Positions 18,368 to 26,725 of a stretch of 51,934 nt of DNA are shown here, one piece after another. The stretch's first letter is position 1; each line of letters opens with the position of its first letter. A program made the translations under genes and the position numbers. The notes beneath the pieces are model-generated. The model did not search any database, was not told the DNA's origin, and saw only the letters and a program-made list of their open reading frames with translations. The stretch is from contig CP070717.1 of NCBI GenBank assembly GCA_020350445.1, positions 2,399,827 through 2,451,760 on the forward strand, given 5' to 3'. The DNA is from Acidobacteriota bacterium. Its GTDB lineage: Bacteria; Acidobacteriota; UBA6911; RPQK01; JAPXNP01.

Positions 18368-19195
18368 GTGTGGAAGTCGGCAATTCAGCTTATTGGGCGT
18401 ATCCGAAACACACTCGAGCCCGGCACTGAAGAAATTGAAATAACCAGTGCGCGGATACTCGAACTGCAGGAACTCCAGGAGCAACTGGGCTATCAGTTCG
18501 AGAACCTCTGTCTCCTGAATCGGGCACTCACCCACAAGTCCTACGCTTATGAGGTGAAGCAGCCCAATTTGGAGAACTGCTTCGGAGACTATGAGTCGCT
18601 CGAGTTTCTTGGAGACTCGATCCTTGGGTTCATCATCAGCGAATTCCTCTACCTGACCTATCCTGAAAAGAACGAGGGAGAGCTCTCGAAACTCAAGTCC
18701 TACCTGGTCTCCACCCGCCAACTTCAACATCTCTCCAAGCAGATCGGACTGGGTAAGTTCCTGAATCTGAGCCGAGGAGAGGCGAAGACTGGCGGACGGA
18801 AGAAGAAGGCCATTCTGGCCGACCTCTTTGAGAGCCTGGTGGCTGCTATCTACCTGGATGGGGACCTCGAGCCGGTCAGGGTATTCGTCCTGAAGTGCTA
18901 CCAGGACCAATTCGAGAAGGTCGCCCGTGGAGAACTCGACTTCCTCGACCACAAGTCAATCCTGCAGGAACATCTGCACCAGAGTGGCGCCCCGGGACCA
19001 GTCTATCGAGTCCTGGAAGAGTATGGCCCGGACCACGACAAGGAGTTCTTCATCGAAGTCCTTTCCCAGGGCCAGCCATTAGCCAGCGGCCAGGGGAAGT
19101 CCAAGAAAGAGGCGGAACAGAACGCCGCCAAACAGGCGATGGAAGCGTTCAGAACGAAAGGTCCCAAAGCGTCCAGTAAAGAACCAGTGTCGTGA
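18368..19195 (+). CDS. rnc: Ribonuclease III
   Basis: LGYQF.N..LL..ALTHKSY, ESLEFLGDSILG, EGELSKLKS, LADLFESLVAAIYLDG, and dsRBD DHKSILQE...GPDHDKEF...GQGKSKKEAEQNAA. Confidence 0.97.
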   Translation: MWKSAIQLIGRIRNTLEPGTEEIEITSARILELQELQEQLGYQFENLCLLNRALTHKSYAYEVKQPNLENCFGDYESLEFLGDSILGFIISEFLYLTYPEKNEGELSKLKSYLVSTRQLQHLSKQIGLGKFLNLSRGEAKTGGRKKKAILADLFESLVAAIYLDGDLEPVRVFVLKCYQDQFEKVARGELDFLDHKSILQEHLHQSGAPGPVYRVLEEYGPDHDKEFFIEVLSQGQPLASGQGKSKKEAEQNAAKQAMEAFRTKGPKASSKEPVS

Positions 19196-19895
19196 TGTCG
19201 TAAAGCGCATGGGCCACGATCGGAGCGACCAGGTTCCTCCGCCACAGATACAGGATTCCAAACAGAACCCCGAGTAAACCGGCTCCAACGGCATTATCGA
19301 CTCCCTGGACCGCATGGCCATATCCAAAGAAGAGACTCCACAAGACCAGTCCCAGCCAGGGCCCTCCAAGATACTTACGGAATCGCTCTAATACAAAGGC
19401 TCGCTGGACTTCTTCTTTGAATCCGCCAACATAAATGCTCGAGAAGAGGAAGAGACCCAGTGCCACCTCGGAGTCGATCAACTCCAGGAGGGGATTTGTT
19501 TCGGAAGCATACTGGGGCAGGAAGTACTCGAAGAAGAGGCGCACCAGGAACACGGTTCCGAAGAGGAAGGGGACGGCGAAGACCCCAGTCAAGACTCGGC
19601 TCCGCACGTTACTGAAGTCCCAGCCCAGAGCACTCCAACTCTGACCACGAGCCTTCTGCATCAGCGCGATGAGTAACAGGGTCACAGTCGCATCAGCGAC
19701 CATGAGCGTAACCACGTAATCGGCCCGCTGCATGACCCCTGCCGGGCCCACATCCCACCACGCAAAAAAGAAGGGCAACACCAGAAGGCCTGCGACAGCC
19801 ACGAGAATGACCTCAATCCCGGCGCCGACACGTTCGAGAAGGTCGATCCGGGGCGCAGGCTGTGGGGTTGGCAAACTTGGTGATTCCTGCTCCAT
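19149..19895 (-). CDS. CPBP (CAAX/Abi) family intramembrane metalloprotease
   Basis: Multiple TM helices with motifs EEVQRAFV, FGYGH and PIVAHALYD. Confidence 0.88.
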   Translation of the reverse strand: MEQESPSLPTPQPAPRIDLLERVGAGIEVILVAVAGLLVLPFFFAWWDVGPAGVMQRADYVVTLMVADATVTLLLIALMQKARGQSWSALGWDFSNVRSRVLTGVFAVPFLFGTVFLVRLFFEYFLPQYASETNPLLELIDSEVALGLFLFSSIYVGGFKEEVQRAFVLERFRKYLGGPWLGLVLWSLFFGYGHAVQGVDNAVGAGLLGVLFGILYLWRRNLVAPIVAHALYDITTLVLYWTLWDLSF

Positions 19896-19986
19896 CCAGG
19901 CAACATTCTAATTCACAACAACAAAACCCGTTCAGCACATCGCAGCGCTATCTTCATTCAAGGGGCCTTACCCCACTTGAAAGGGG

Positions 19987-19995
19987 TGCTATACT
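19987..19995 (+). promoter_or_regulatory. Extended -10 promoter (TGcTATACT), the likely start of a roughly 265-nt ompA leader
   Basis: TG-N-TATACT in the divergent intergenic region. Confidence 0.5.
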
Positions 19996-20266
19996 GCTGC
20001 TTCCATGGTCTTCTCGAGGTAATTCACGGCAAATCGACCAGATCCGAAGGGTAGATCCCTCGGAATTGTGGGATTTGTCCGTGAATTTCTTTGGCAATTC
20101 AATGGGAGTTTCGCTAAACTGCACTATTGAATTGGGTCGATTTGACCGAACGCGAGGGAAAATAGTGTTTTCGTCCTAGATACTTATAGAAATTGTGTTT
20201 TTTTGCAGCTATAGGATTTTTGCTCACAGTGTAGCTTTTGCTCATCTGTACGTCAGGAGGTATTAA

Positions 20267-22369
20267 ATGCTTCGGCCTAAACACATCCTACTCATATTAG
20301 TCATGATCCTGCTGGTAGCAACGCCGCTGGTTGCCCAGGACAAGGAAAGGATCAAGCGTCTAACCCCCACGCATAAGGGGAGCACGGGTTTGTACAACCT
20401 GTTTACCGCTGACACCCTGCGGCAGGGTGAATTCTCGATCAGTGCAGTTGCACACAAATTCAACAGGGACCCGGGCCGAATCGATTACACCGTGTTCCCG
20501 GTAACGTTGACCATCGGTCTTCACGACAGGATCGAGTTGTTCGGATCCTTCGAGGCCTACAAGCGGGTCAATGCGGACAACATCATGGTCAACAAACTCC
20601 TGCCGCGTGACCCCGTGATGCCCGCCCGTCTGGCCAATGGTCAGATTGGCTTCTACCAGGAATCCCCCTTCATGGATACGGGGTTCGGTGATGGAGCAGG
20701 AGATCTCTGGGCTGGTATCAAGTTCAGCATCCTTTCCGAACATTATGGAGATGGTGTGAGCTTGGCGGTTCAGCCGATTTTCAAGTTCCACATGACCGAT
20801 GAAAGACAGCACCTCCTCCGCGGTCTAACTTCAGGTGCGACCGACGGTGGTGTGGATGCGATCATCTCGAAGCAGATCGCCGGTGGCGGAATTTTCACCG
20901 CCAACCTCGGTTTCATGTGGGCCGGTGACAAATACGATGTTGAGCGCGAAGACAAGATTGTCTGGGGAGCCGGTGTGGAAGTTCCGCTGGGAACTCAGAA
21001 GGTCTCCCTCATCGGTGAAGTAATGGGCAACTCCTTCTACACCGATAGCTACAACAGCGACCTCGTCAACGAAGAGAGCCCGATTGATGCCTACGCCGGT
21101 CTCCGGATCTATCCGGCCCGCTGGGCGACGATTTCGGCCGCGGCTTCGTACCACATGACGGGTACTGCGGATCGTACCGGACTGGAAGACTCCGAGTGCC
21201 TCGGTTTCTATACGCAGCTCGCCGTTCACCGGAAGATCAACCGTCCGCCCACGGCAACCTGTAGCGCCGATTCCACGACGGTCACTGAAGGTGATTCCGC
21301 GCGTATTTCTGTTGACGCATACGATGAAGATGACAACAGCCTCGGCATTACCTGGAAATCCAGTGGTGGACGTCTCGCCCAGCAGGAGAGCTCGGCAACT
21401 CTGGATACGACAGGGCTGGCCCCCGGCCGTTACAGTGTGATGGCGGAAGTCACTGATGGTGACAACGTCGCTTCCTGTTCGACCGACATCACCGTTGAAA
21501 AGCGGAAGATGCCGCCCACGATTTCCTGTGGCAGCGGTGTTGCCAGTGTCCAGGAAGGACAGTCGACAAATCTGGCCGTTCAGGCCTCGGATCCCAATGG
21601 TGACGCATTGACCTACTCCTGGACCATTGATGGCCAGTCGGTCACCAATAACGCCACATCCTTCGCTTTCGGAACCGCCGGTCGTGCTGTTGGAAAACAC
21701 ACGGTGCGCGTGACAGCCACCGATGTTGACAACATGAGCGCCAGCTGCGAATTCGCAGTGACAATCACAGCTCGTCCCAACAGCAACCCGACCTGCTCGG
21801 TCGACGTGAGCTCTGCTCAGGCCTACGCAGGTGAAACGGTTACGGCGACAGCCAAGGCTTCTGATCCTGAGAACGATCCGCTCACCTATAGCTGGAAGGT
21901 CGATGGACAGTCCCGCAGTGGCTCCGCTACAGAGCTGCAGATCAACACGGCTGGGATGGCTGGAGGCAGCCACAGCGTGACCGTCGACGTCAAGGATGAC
22001 CGCGGTGGTTCATGCAGTGCTACCAAGTCGTTCGCTGTTGTTGAGAAGAGCACTCTCCAGGTTGACCGCAGAGTCGACAACAAGGCCAAGGCGGCCCTGG
22101 ATGAGATCGCGCTGAAGATGCAGCAGAATCCTCAGCTGAGAGCCAAGCTGACCGGTCACACTGATGATCGTGGCAGCGAGGAAGCCAACATGAAGGCCGG
22201 GCTCAAGCGCGCCGAGTTGGTGAAGGAATACCTCGTGAAACAGCACAACATCGATGGCAACCGCATCGAAACCGCGAGTGCTGGTGAATCGAGTCCAATC
22301 GCCGACAACTCAACTGATGAAGGCCGTAAACAGAACAAGAGAGTCGATATCGAACTCTTTGTTCGCTAA
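20267..22369 (+). CDS. OmpA-family protein: N-terminal putative outer-membrane beta-barrel, three Cys-paired PKD/Ig-like repeats, and a C-terminal OmpA peptidoglycan-binding domain
   Basis: Signal peptide and strong SD (AGGAGG). Repeats SDPNGDALTYSW / SDPENDPLTYSW. OmpA-C motifs LTGHTDDRGSEEAN..GLKRAELVKEYL and N.T.EGRKQNKRVDI. Confidence 0.88.
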   Translation: MLRPKHILLILVMILLVATPLVAQDKERIKRLTPTHKGSTGLYNLFTADTLRQGEFSISAVAHKFNRDPGRIDYTVFPVTLTIGLHDRIELFGSFEAYKRVNADNIMVNKLLPRDPVMPARLANGQIGFYQESPFMDTGFGDGAGDLWAGIKFSILSEHYGDGVSLAVQPIFKFHMTDERQHLLRGLTSGATDGGVDAIISKQIAGGGIFTANLGFMWAGDKYDVEREDKIVWGAGVEVPLGTQKVSLIGEVMGNSFYTDSYNSDLVNEESPIDAYAGLRIYPARWATISAAASYHMTGTADRTGLEDSECLGFYTQLAVHRKINRPPTATCSADSTTVTEGDSARISVDAYDEDDNSLGITWKSSGGRLAQQESSATLDTTGLAPGRYSVMAEVTDGDNVASCSTDITVEKRKMPPTISCGSGVASVQEGQSTNLAVQASDPNGDALTYSWTIDGQSVTNNATSFAFGTAGRAVGKHTVRVTATDVDNMSASCEFAVTITARPNSNPTCSVDVSSAQAYAGETVTATAKASDPENDPLTYSWKVDGQSRSGSATELQINTAGMAGGSHSVTVDVKDDRGGSCSATKSFAVVEKSTLQVDRRVDNKAKAALDEIALKMQQNPQLRAKLTGHTDDRGSEEANMKAGLKRAELVKEYLVKQHNIDGNRIETASAGESSPIADNSTDEGRKQNKRVDIELFVR

Positions 22370-22379
22370 TGAGTGCAGC

Positions 22380-22408
22380 GTGGCTGCCCCCGTCAAGTGG
22401 GCAGCCAC
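22380..22408 (+). terminator. GC-rich hairpin just after the ompA stop (3'-stabiliser or terminator)
   Basis: GTGGCTGCCC-N9-GGGCAGCCAC, a perfect 10-bp stem, with only a weak T-tract after it. Confidence 0.55.
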
Positions 22409-22427
22409 CAGATTTTGGTAGAATACG

Positions 22428-22460
22428 AGCGGTGGTGAAGTTCACCACCGCTTTTTTTTT
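22428..22460 (+). terminator. Rho-independent terminator
   Basis: AGCGGTGGTGAA-G-TTCACCACCGCT inverted repeat running into a 9-T tract (22452-22460). Confidence 0.85.
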
Positions 22461-22463
22461 GCC

Positions 22464-24404
22464 ATGAATCGAACAGCTTTTCTCTTATTCTCACTTACGT
22501 TATTCCTCCAACCCGTCTGGGGAAACCCCGACCTGATTCCCCTGGGCCTCTTTGGCGGCGATGTCCGCTCCCTGGCAGCTCACCCGGCCCAACCCGACCA
22601 TGTCTACCTGGGGACAGCCGATGGCCAGATCTACCGATCGGAGAACTGGGGCCATCAATGGCAGAAGCTGGTACCGGGACTGGATCGCAGAGACTTTGTG
22701 GTCGATAGCCTGGTCTTCCATCCGGAGGATCCTGATACGATCTATGCCGGCGGCTGGGAACTCAAGAGTGATCGGGGCGCTCTATACCGATCCCACGATG
22801 GTGGCGCAACCTGGACGAAGCTCGATTTAGGCATCTTTGAAAGCAGTATCCGGGCTGTCGCCGTGTCACCTGCCAACCCTCATGTCATTGCAGTGGGAAT
22901 CACTGAAGGTGTACTGTTGAGTCGCGATGAAGGGGACACCTGGGAACGGATCTCCCGAGGATTTCGCAGCCTGCATTACGTGCACTCCCTCGCTTTTGAC
23001 CCACAGGATGAGAATCAACTCTATGTCGGGACCTTTCGACTCGCCTGGAAGACGTCGAACCTGGGCCAGAAATGGGAACCGATACATGACGGAATGAACT
23101 TCGACAGCGACCTGTTTTCCCTGCAGGTTGACCAGCGGGACCCAAACCGGGTCCTGGCCGGGGCCTGCTCTGGGATCTACCGGTCGCACAACCGGGGAAC
23201 ACTCTGGGCCAAACTCCGCAACGGTTTACCCAGTGAAGCGAAACGGACCCGCGTCGTTCGTTTTGACCCCGTCGAAACCGACATTCTCTGGGCCGGTACG
23301 ACCGAAGGACTCTACCAGTCGCTGGATGGAGGGGACAACTGGAATTCCCTGCTTCCCGGAGTGGTTATCAACGCGATGGTCATCGATCCCAGAGACAACC
23401 GGAACATTCTGCTCGGAACTGACGATGCCGGGGTCCTGAGTAGCCGGGATGGCGGACTGACGTTCCTTTCTTCAAACGATGGGTTTTCCCATCGCCAGGT
23501 CTCGGCCGTGGCATCCCGCTCGGCGATCGCAGAAGAATACTTTGCCGCCGTTGTCCTGGATGGTTCCTACGGGGGGTTCTTTTCCTCCAACGACAAGGGC
23601 AAACGGTGGACACCTTTCAATGAGGGATTGGGGGACGCGCGGGCGGGAATAACCACGATCCTCCCCGCTAGAAACTCTGCAGAGGTGTGGCTGGGAACTT
23701 CCGGTGGCATCTTTGTCGGAACGCCCCACGAGTCCGAATGGGCCAGGATTCCAGGTTCAGAATCGCTGATCGTCACGGGTCTGGACTTTGCCGATCCTAA
23801 AGAGCAGTCCGTCATTGTTTCCGCCGAACAGGGTGTCTTTCGAGTCACCTCCCAGGACCTGCGGGCGGTTCAACTGACGATTCCGGTTTACGACCGCCAG
23901 GTCTACAGCGTCTATTCAACGAAGGATCGCAGCAAGACCTTTATCGGGACGGAGATGGGCGTGTTTCTGACGGAGGACCAGGGGAAGACCTGGGAAATCC
24001 GGGTGGACGGTTTACCCTATACACCGGTGAACTCGATCCGCAAGATTGGCGATCGCCTCTTCTGCGCCACCCGAAGTGGACTGTATGTCAGTGATAACGA
24101 AGGGAAGAAGTGGCAGCAGGCTCCCGGTGTGTTTCAAATCGAGATAACAGCGATTGAACAGGCTTCAGCTGATCCCTCAATCATTCTGGCAGCGGATCCC
24201 GTGGCAGGTTACCTGTTTCTCAGTGTGGATCAGGGATACACGTGGCAACCTCTCAATGTGGGGCCGATAGTCTCCCGCGTCTCCTCGCTCAGTCTCACTG
24301 AATCTGGAGATGTCCTGGCAGGGACTCTGGCTGAGGGGGTTTACCAGATCGTCACGAGTAACGTTGAAGCGGGAAGCGCACAGCCCTTCGTCGCCAGTCG
24401 CTGA
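22464..24404 (+). CDS. Exported BNR/Asp-box beta-propeller protein (YCF48/sortilin-VPS10/GH74-like)
   Basis: Signal peptide and about 11 Asp-boxes (e.g. RSHDGGATW, LSRDEGDTW, QSLDGGDNW, LTEDQGKTW, LSVDQGYTW). Confidence 0.85.
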   Translation: MNRTAFLLFSLTLFLQPVWGNPDLIPLGLFGGDVRSLAAHPAQPDHVYLGTADGQIYRSENWGHQWQKLVPGLDRRDFVVDSLVFHPEDPDTIYAGGWELKSDRGALYRSHDGGATWTKLDLGIFESSIRAVAVSPANPHVIAVGITEGVLLSRDEGDTWERISRGFRSLHYVHSLAFDPQDENQLYVGTFRLAWKTSNLGQKWEPIHDGMNFDSDLFSLQVDQRDPNRVLAGACSGIYRSHNRGTLWAKLRNGLPSEAKRTRVVRFDPVETDILWAGTTEGLYQSLDGGDNWNSLLPGVVINAMVIDPRDNRNILLGTDDAGVLSSRDGGLTFLSSNDGFSHRQVSAVASRSAIAEEYFAAVVLDGSYGGFFSSNDKGKRWTPFNEGLGDARAGITTILPARNSAEVWLGTSGGIFVGTPHESEWARIPGSESLIVTGLDFADPKEQSVIVSAEQGVFRVTSQDLRAVQLTIPVYDRQVYSVYSTKDRSKTFIGTEMGVFLTEDQGKTWEIRVDGLPYTPVNSIRKIGDRLFCATRSGLYVSDNEGKKWQQAPGVFQIEITAIEQASADPSIILAADPVAGYLFLSVDQGYTWQPLNVGPIVSRVSSLSLTESGDVLAGTLAEGVYQIVTSNVEAGSAQPFVASR

Positions 24405-24427
24405 AGCCCTGCGTTTGGCCTGCTCGA

Positions 24428-25486
24428 CTATCGGCGCCTTGTCGGCGTCTCTTCCCAACGTATAACGAAGGTCCCCGAGAAGATGTCGTGAAAACATCGT
24501 CTCGAAGAATCGAAGAGCGCCCAGAGCAAACCGACCAGTGTCACTGTCACCGGCAGGAAGAGAGCCACCCGGAACAACACCGAGGCCAAGGGAGGATCTT
24601 CCAGGGTATCTTCGTCAACGATCCTGAGTTCCGTCAGATACATCCCGAGCGTCTGCCCCGAGGTCAGTAGAAAGAAGAGCGAATTGAACACAAAGAATGC
24701 GGCGGAGAAGCCCGCCACCCAAACAAGCGATTCCGACGAAAACACATCCAGGCCCAGTTCAATCGCCGCCAGCAGGGCAAAGCCCAAGCCAGTCAGGACG
24801 GGAAAGGAGCAATCGATGATGCCACACAGGAATCGGGAGAACAGGATTTCTCGAGACACCGCCTTCTTATCCTCACGGATTTCCGGGCTCTGCGGCGCTT
24901 CAGCGGCCCGTTCGGCAGGATCGAAACGGATCGGTGGGGTGACCGGCGGAGCCTGTAGTTCCAATCGCCTCTGATGAGGGCCGGCTTCCTCGGCTTCCGA
25001 ATTAACCGCAAACCGTATCAAGGGCTTCTCCAGAGGGGGCTTCACAGGAGCAGTAGTCTCCTTTGGTTTGGCTTCCTTCTTGGGCTTGATCTTCGGCTTC
25101 ACACGAGGCCTCGAATGCTCCACATCGGGCCTGGCCGACTGCTTCATCTCATAGCTGAAGATCGGCTTCGGGGTCACTACTTCTGTCGCCGGAGCCGCCC
25201 CCCCCGTTTTCCCGTCTCCATCAGTGGATTCCATCGAAACCGGCGCTTCCGGTTCAGGCGTCGTCTTCCCGGCCCGCTTGTCCAGTCGCCGTCGTATCTC
25301 AGTGCGCCAGTCCTCGGCGGCATCCGGAGGATTCACAGCAGGGGAACTCATCAACTCAAATTGGATGGGGACCTGCCCGGATCGACGTTCCAGCGGAACG
25401 GGTCGTTTCTTGGCCGGCCCTACCTCCTGACCACAGTTAGGGCACGACCGATCAAGGACGGGAATCCGACAACGAGGGCAAAGCAC
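24428..25486 (-). CDS. RDD family membrane protein with an N-terminal zinc ribbon and a Pro/Lys-rich linker
   Basis: CPRC...CPNC at the N-terminus. C-terminal RFLCGIIDC...GQTLGMYL..LRIV...R..FHDIFSGT.V. Confidence 0.85.
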   Translation of the reverse strand: MLCPRCRIPVLDRSCPNCGQEVGPAKKRPVPLERRSGQVPIQFELMSSPAVNPPDAAEDWRTEIRRRLDKRAGKTTPEPEAPVSMESTDGDGKTGGAAPATEVVTPKPIFSYEMKQSARPDVEHSRPRVKPKIKPKKEAKPKETTAPVKPPLEKPLIRFAVNSEAEEAGPHQRRLELQAPPVTPPIRFDPAERAAEAPQSPEIREDKKAVSREILFSRFLCGIIDCSFPVLTGLGFALLAAIELGLDVFSSESLVWVAGFSAAFFVFNSLFFLLTSGQTLGMYLTELRIVDEDTLEDPPLASVLFRVALFLPVTVTLVGLLWALFDSSRRCFHDIFSGTFVIRWEETPTRRR

Positions 25487-25509
25487 AGCCTTATCTTAGC
25501 ACAGCAAAA

Positions 25510-25824
25510 TCATCTCTCAGCCAATTCATTCAGGAGTTCGTCCACTTCGAAGGCTTCCATGTGTTGAACCTTCTCGAGACGCTGCGAAATCACCTTCAGT
25601 TTCTCCAGGTAGTCCTCTTCTCTCCCCTCATTCTGCGCTTTTATCAGAGATTCATCAAAAACACGCCGGACCTTTTCAACGGGGTAGCCGGAGGGCGCTT
25701 TCTGAACGACAGCATTGACGACAACGACGTGAACCAACTCGGTCGAATAGAGTTTCATCAAGATCAGCGAGCCGGCCGCCAGAACCAGCAATACACCCAG
25801 TAACCAGTAGAGTTTCTTTCTCAT
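25510..25824 (-). CDS. Small hypothetical protein with one N-terminal TM helix
   Basis: 104 aa, TM segment YWLLGVLLVLAAGSLIL. A TATAAT -10 and an AGGGG SD-like sequence lie upstream. Confidence 0.65.
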   Translation of the reverse strand: MRKKLYWLLGVLLVLAAGSLILMKLYSTELVHVVVVNAVVQKAPSGYPVEKVRRVFDESLIKAQNEGREEDYLEKLKVISQRLEKVQHMEAFEVDELLNELAER

Positions 25825-25933
25825 TCATACCCCTGTCTGAATTATAGCCACACTAGGTGAGTTCTTTGCTGGATGCAAGCCAACCTGCACCTGATGTTGG
25901 ACTCGTCGGCGACTCAATTCTAGAATTCAATCT

Positions 25934-26623
25934 ATGAGTATTGCAGTCTGCCTGGTCAGCGGGGGTCTGGACAGCTGTGTTTCCGCTGCCGTTGCCGTAT
26001 CCCGAGGAAAAGTCCCAGCCTTCCTGCACGTGGGCTACGGTCAGCTGACCCAGGAAAGAGAAGAACAGGCCTTCGAGGCGATCGCAGACTTCTACGAAGT
26101 GCAACGCCGCTTATGCGTCTCAGCAACGTATCTGGAGCAGATCGGTGGTTCAGCTCTGACCGATCGGGCTATTCCACTTCCCGAAGGGGAATTGGACCGG
26201 CCCGGAATCCCCCTCTCCTATGTTCCCTTCCGCAATGCCAACCTGTTGGCGATCGCTACCAGTTGGGCCGAAGTCCTGGAGGCTCGCCAGATCTATATCG
26301 GAGCCGTTGAGGAGGACAGTTCAGGTTATCCCGACTGTCGCGGACCCTTCTTCGAGGCATTCTCGGAGATGATTCGTGAGGGCACGAAGCCCGAAACGGA
26401 ACTTTCAATCGAAACACCGCTGCTTGACCTCCGGAAAAAGGACATTGTCCTTAAAGGCATCGAACTTGGAGCCCCGCTTCATTTGACCTGGTCCTGTTAT
26501 CAGGGAACCCAGGTCGCCTGCGGAAGATGTGACAGCTGCCGGCTGAGGCTCCGCGGTTTTGCCGAGGCAGGTGTGATCGATCCGATTCCTTACGAGACCC
26601 GCCCCGAAGGAGGCTGTGACTGA
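25934..26623 (+). CDS. queC: 7-cyano-7-deazaguanine synthase
   Basis: SGGLDS, YVPFRNA, GYPDCR, TWSCY and CGRCDSCRLR. Confidence 0.97.
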   Translation: MSIAVCLVSGGLDSCVSAAVAVSRGKVPAFLHVGYGQLTQEREEQAFEAIADFYEVQRRLCVSATYLEQIGGSALTDRAIPLPEGELDRPGIPLSYVPFRNANLLAIATSWAEVLEARQIYIGAVEEDSSGYPDCRGPFFEAFSEMIREGTKPETELSIETPLLDLRKKDIVLKGIELGAPLHLTWSCYQGTQVACGRCDSCRLRLRGFAEAGVIDPIPYETRPEGGCD

Positions 26624-26725
26624 GGCCGTCCCTCTGCTATAGTGGTACGACTCTGTCGCTGACCCCTCCGGGCTTGGCGCTACCTGGGGGCTTTTCAATG
26701 ACTCGCAATCACGCAGGATACATCT

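Noticed and set aside
18590-18625. RNase III signature reads ESLEFLGD rather than ERLEFLGD, suggesting an inactive enzyme
   Set aside because: The metal-binding Glu/Asp residues (EFLGD; D..E) are intact and the varied position is not catalytic.
20021-20090. c-di-GMP-I (GEMM) riboswitch or 6S RNA in the ompA leader
   Set aside because: GGCAAA is present, but the GNRA-capped P2, the following GACGCAAAG-type segment and the receptor are not. The fold is branched rather than a 6S-like rod. It is kept as an unassigned structure in the findings.
20831-21973. 380-aa antisense ORF inside ompA; similar long shadow ORFs at 8732-9718, 18032-18952, 26405-27520, 34102-34992 and 47410-48396
   Set aside because: They lie wholly opposite well-supported genes and have no recognisable motifs. 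Long stop-free antisense frames are expected from codon bias in a GC-rich genome.
25825-25933. preQ1 riboswitch upstream of queC
   Set aside because: No preQ1-type stem or A-rich tail is visible, and the -10 sits 7 nt from the ATG, leaving no leader.
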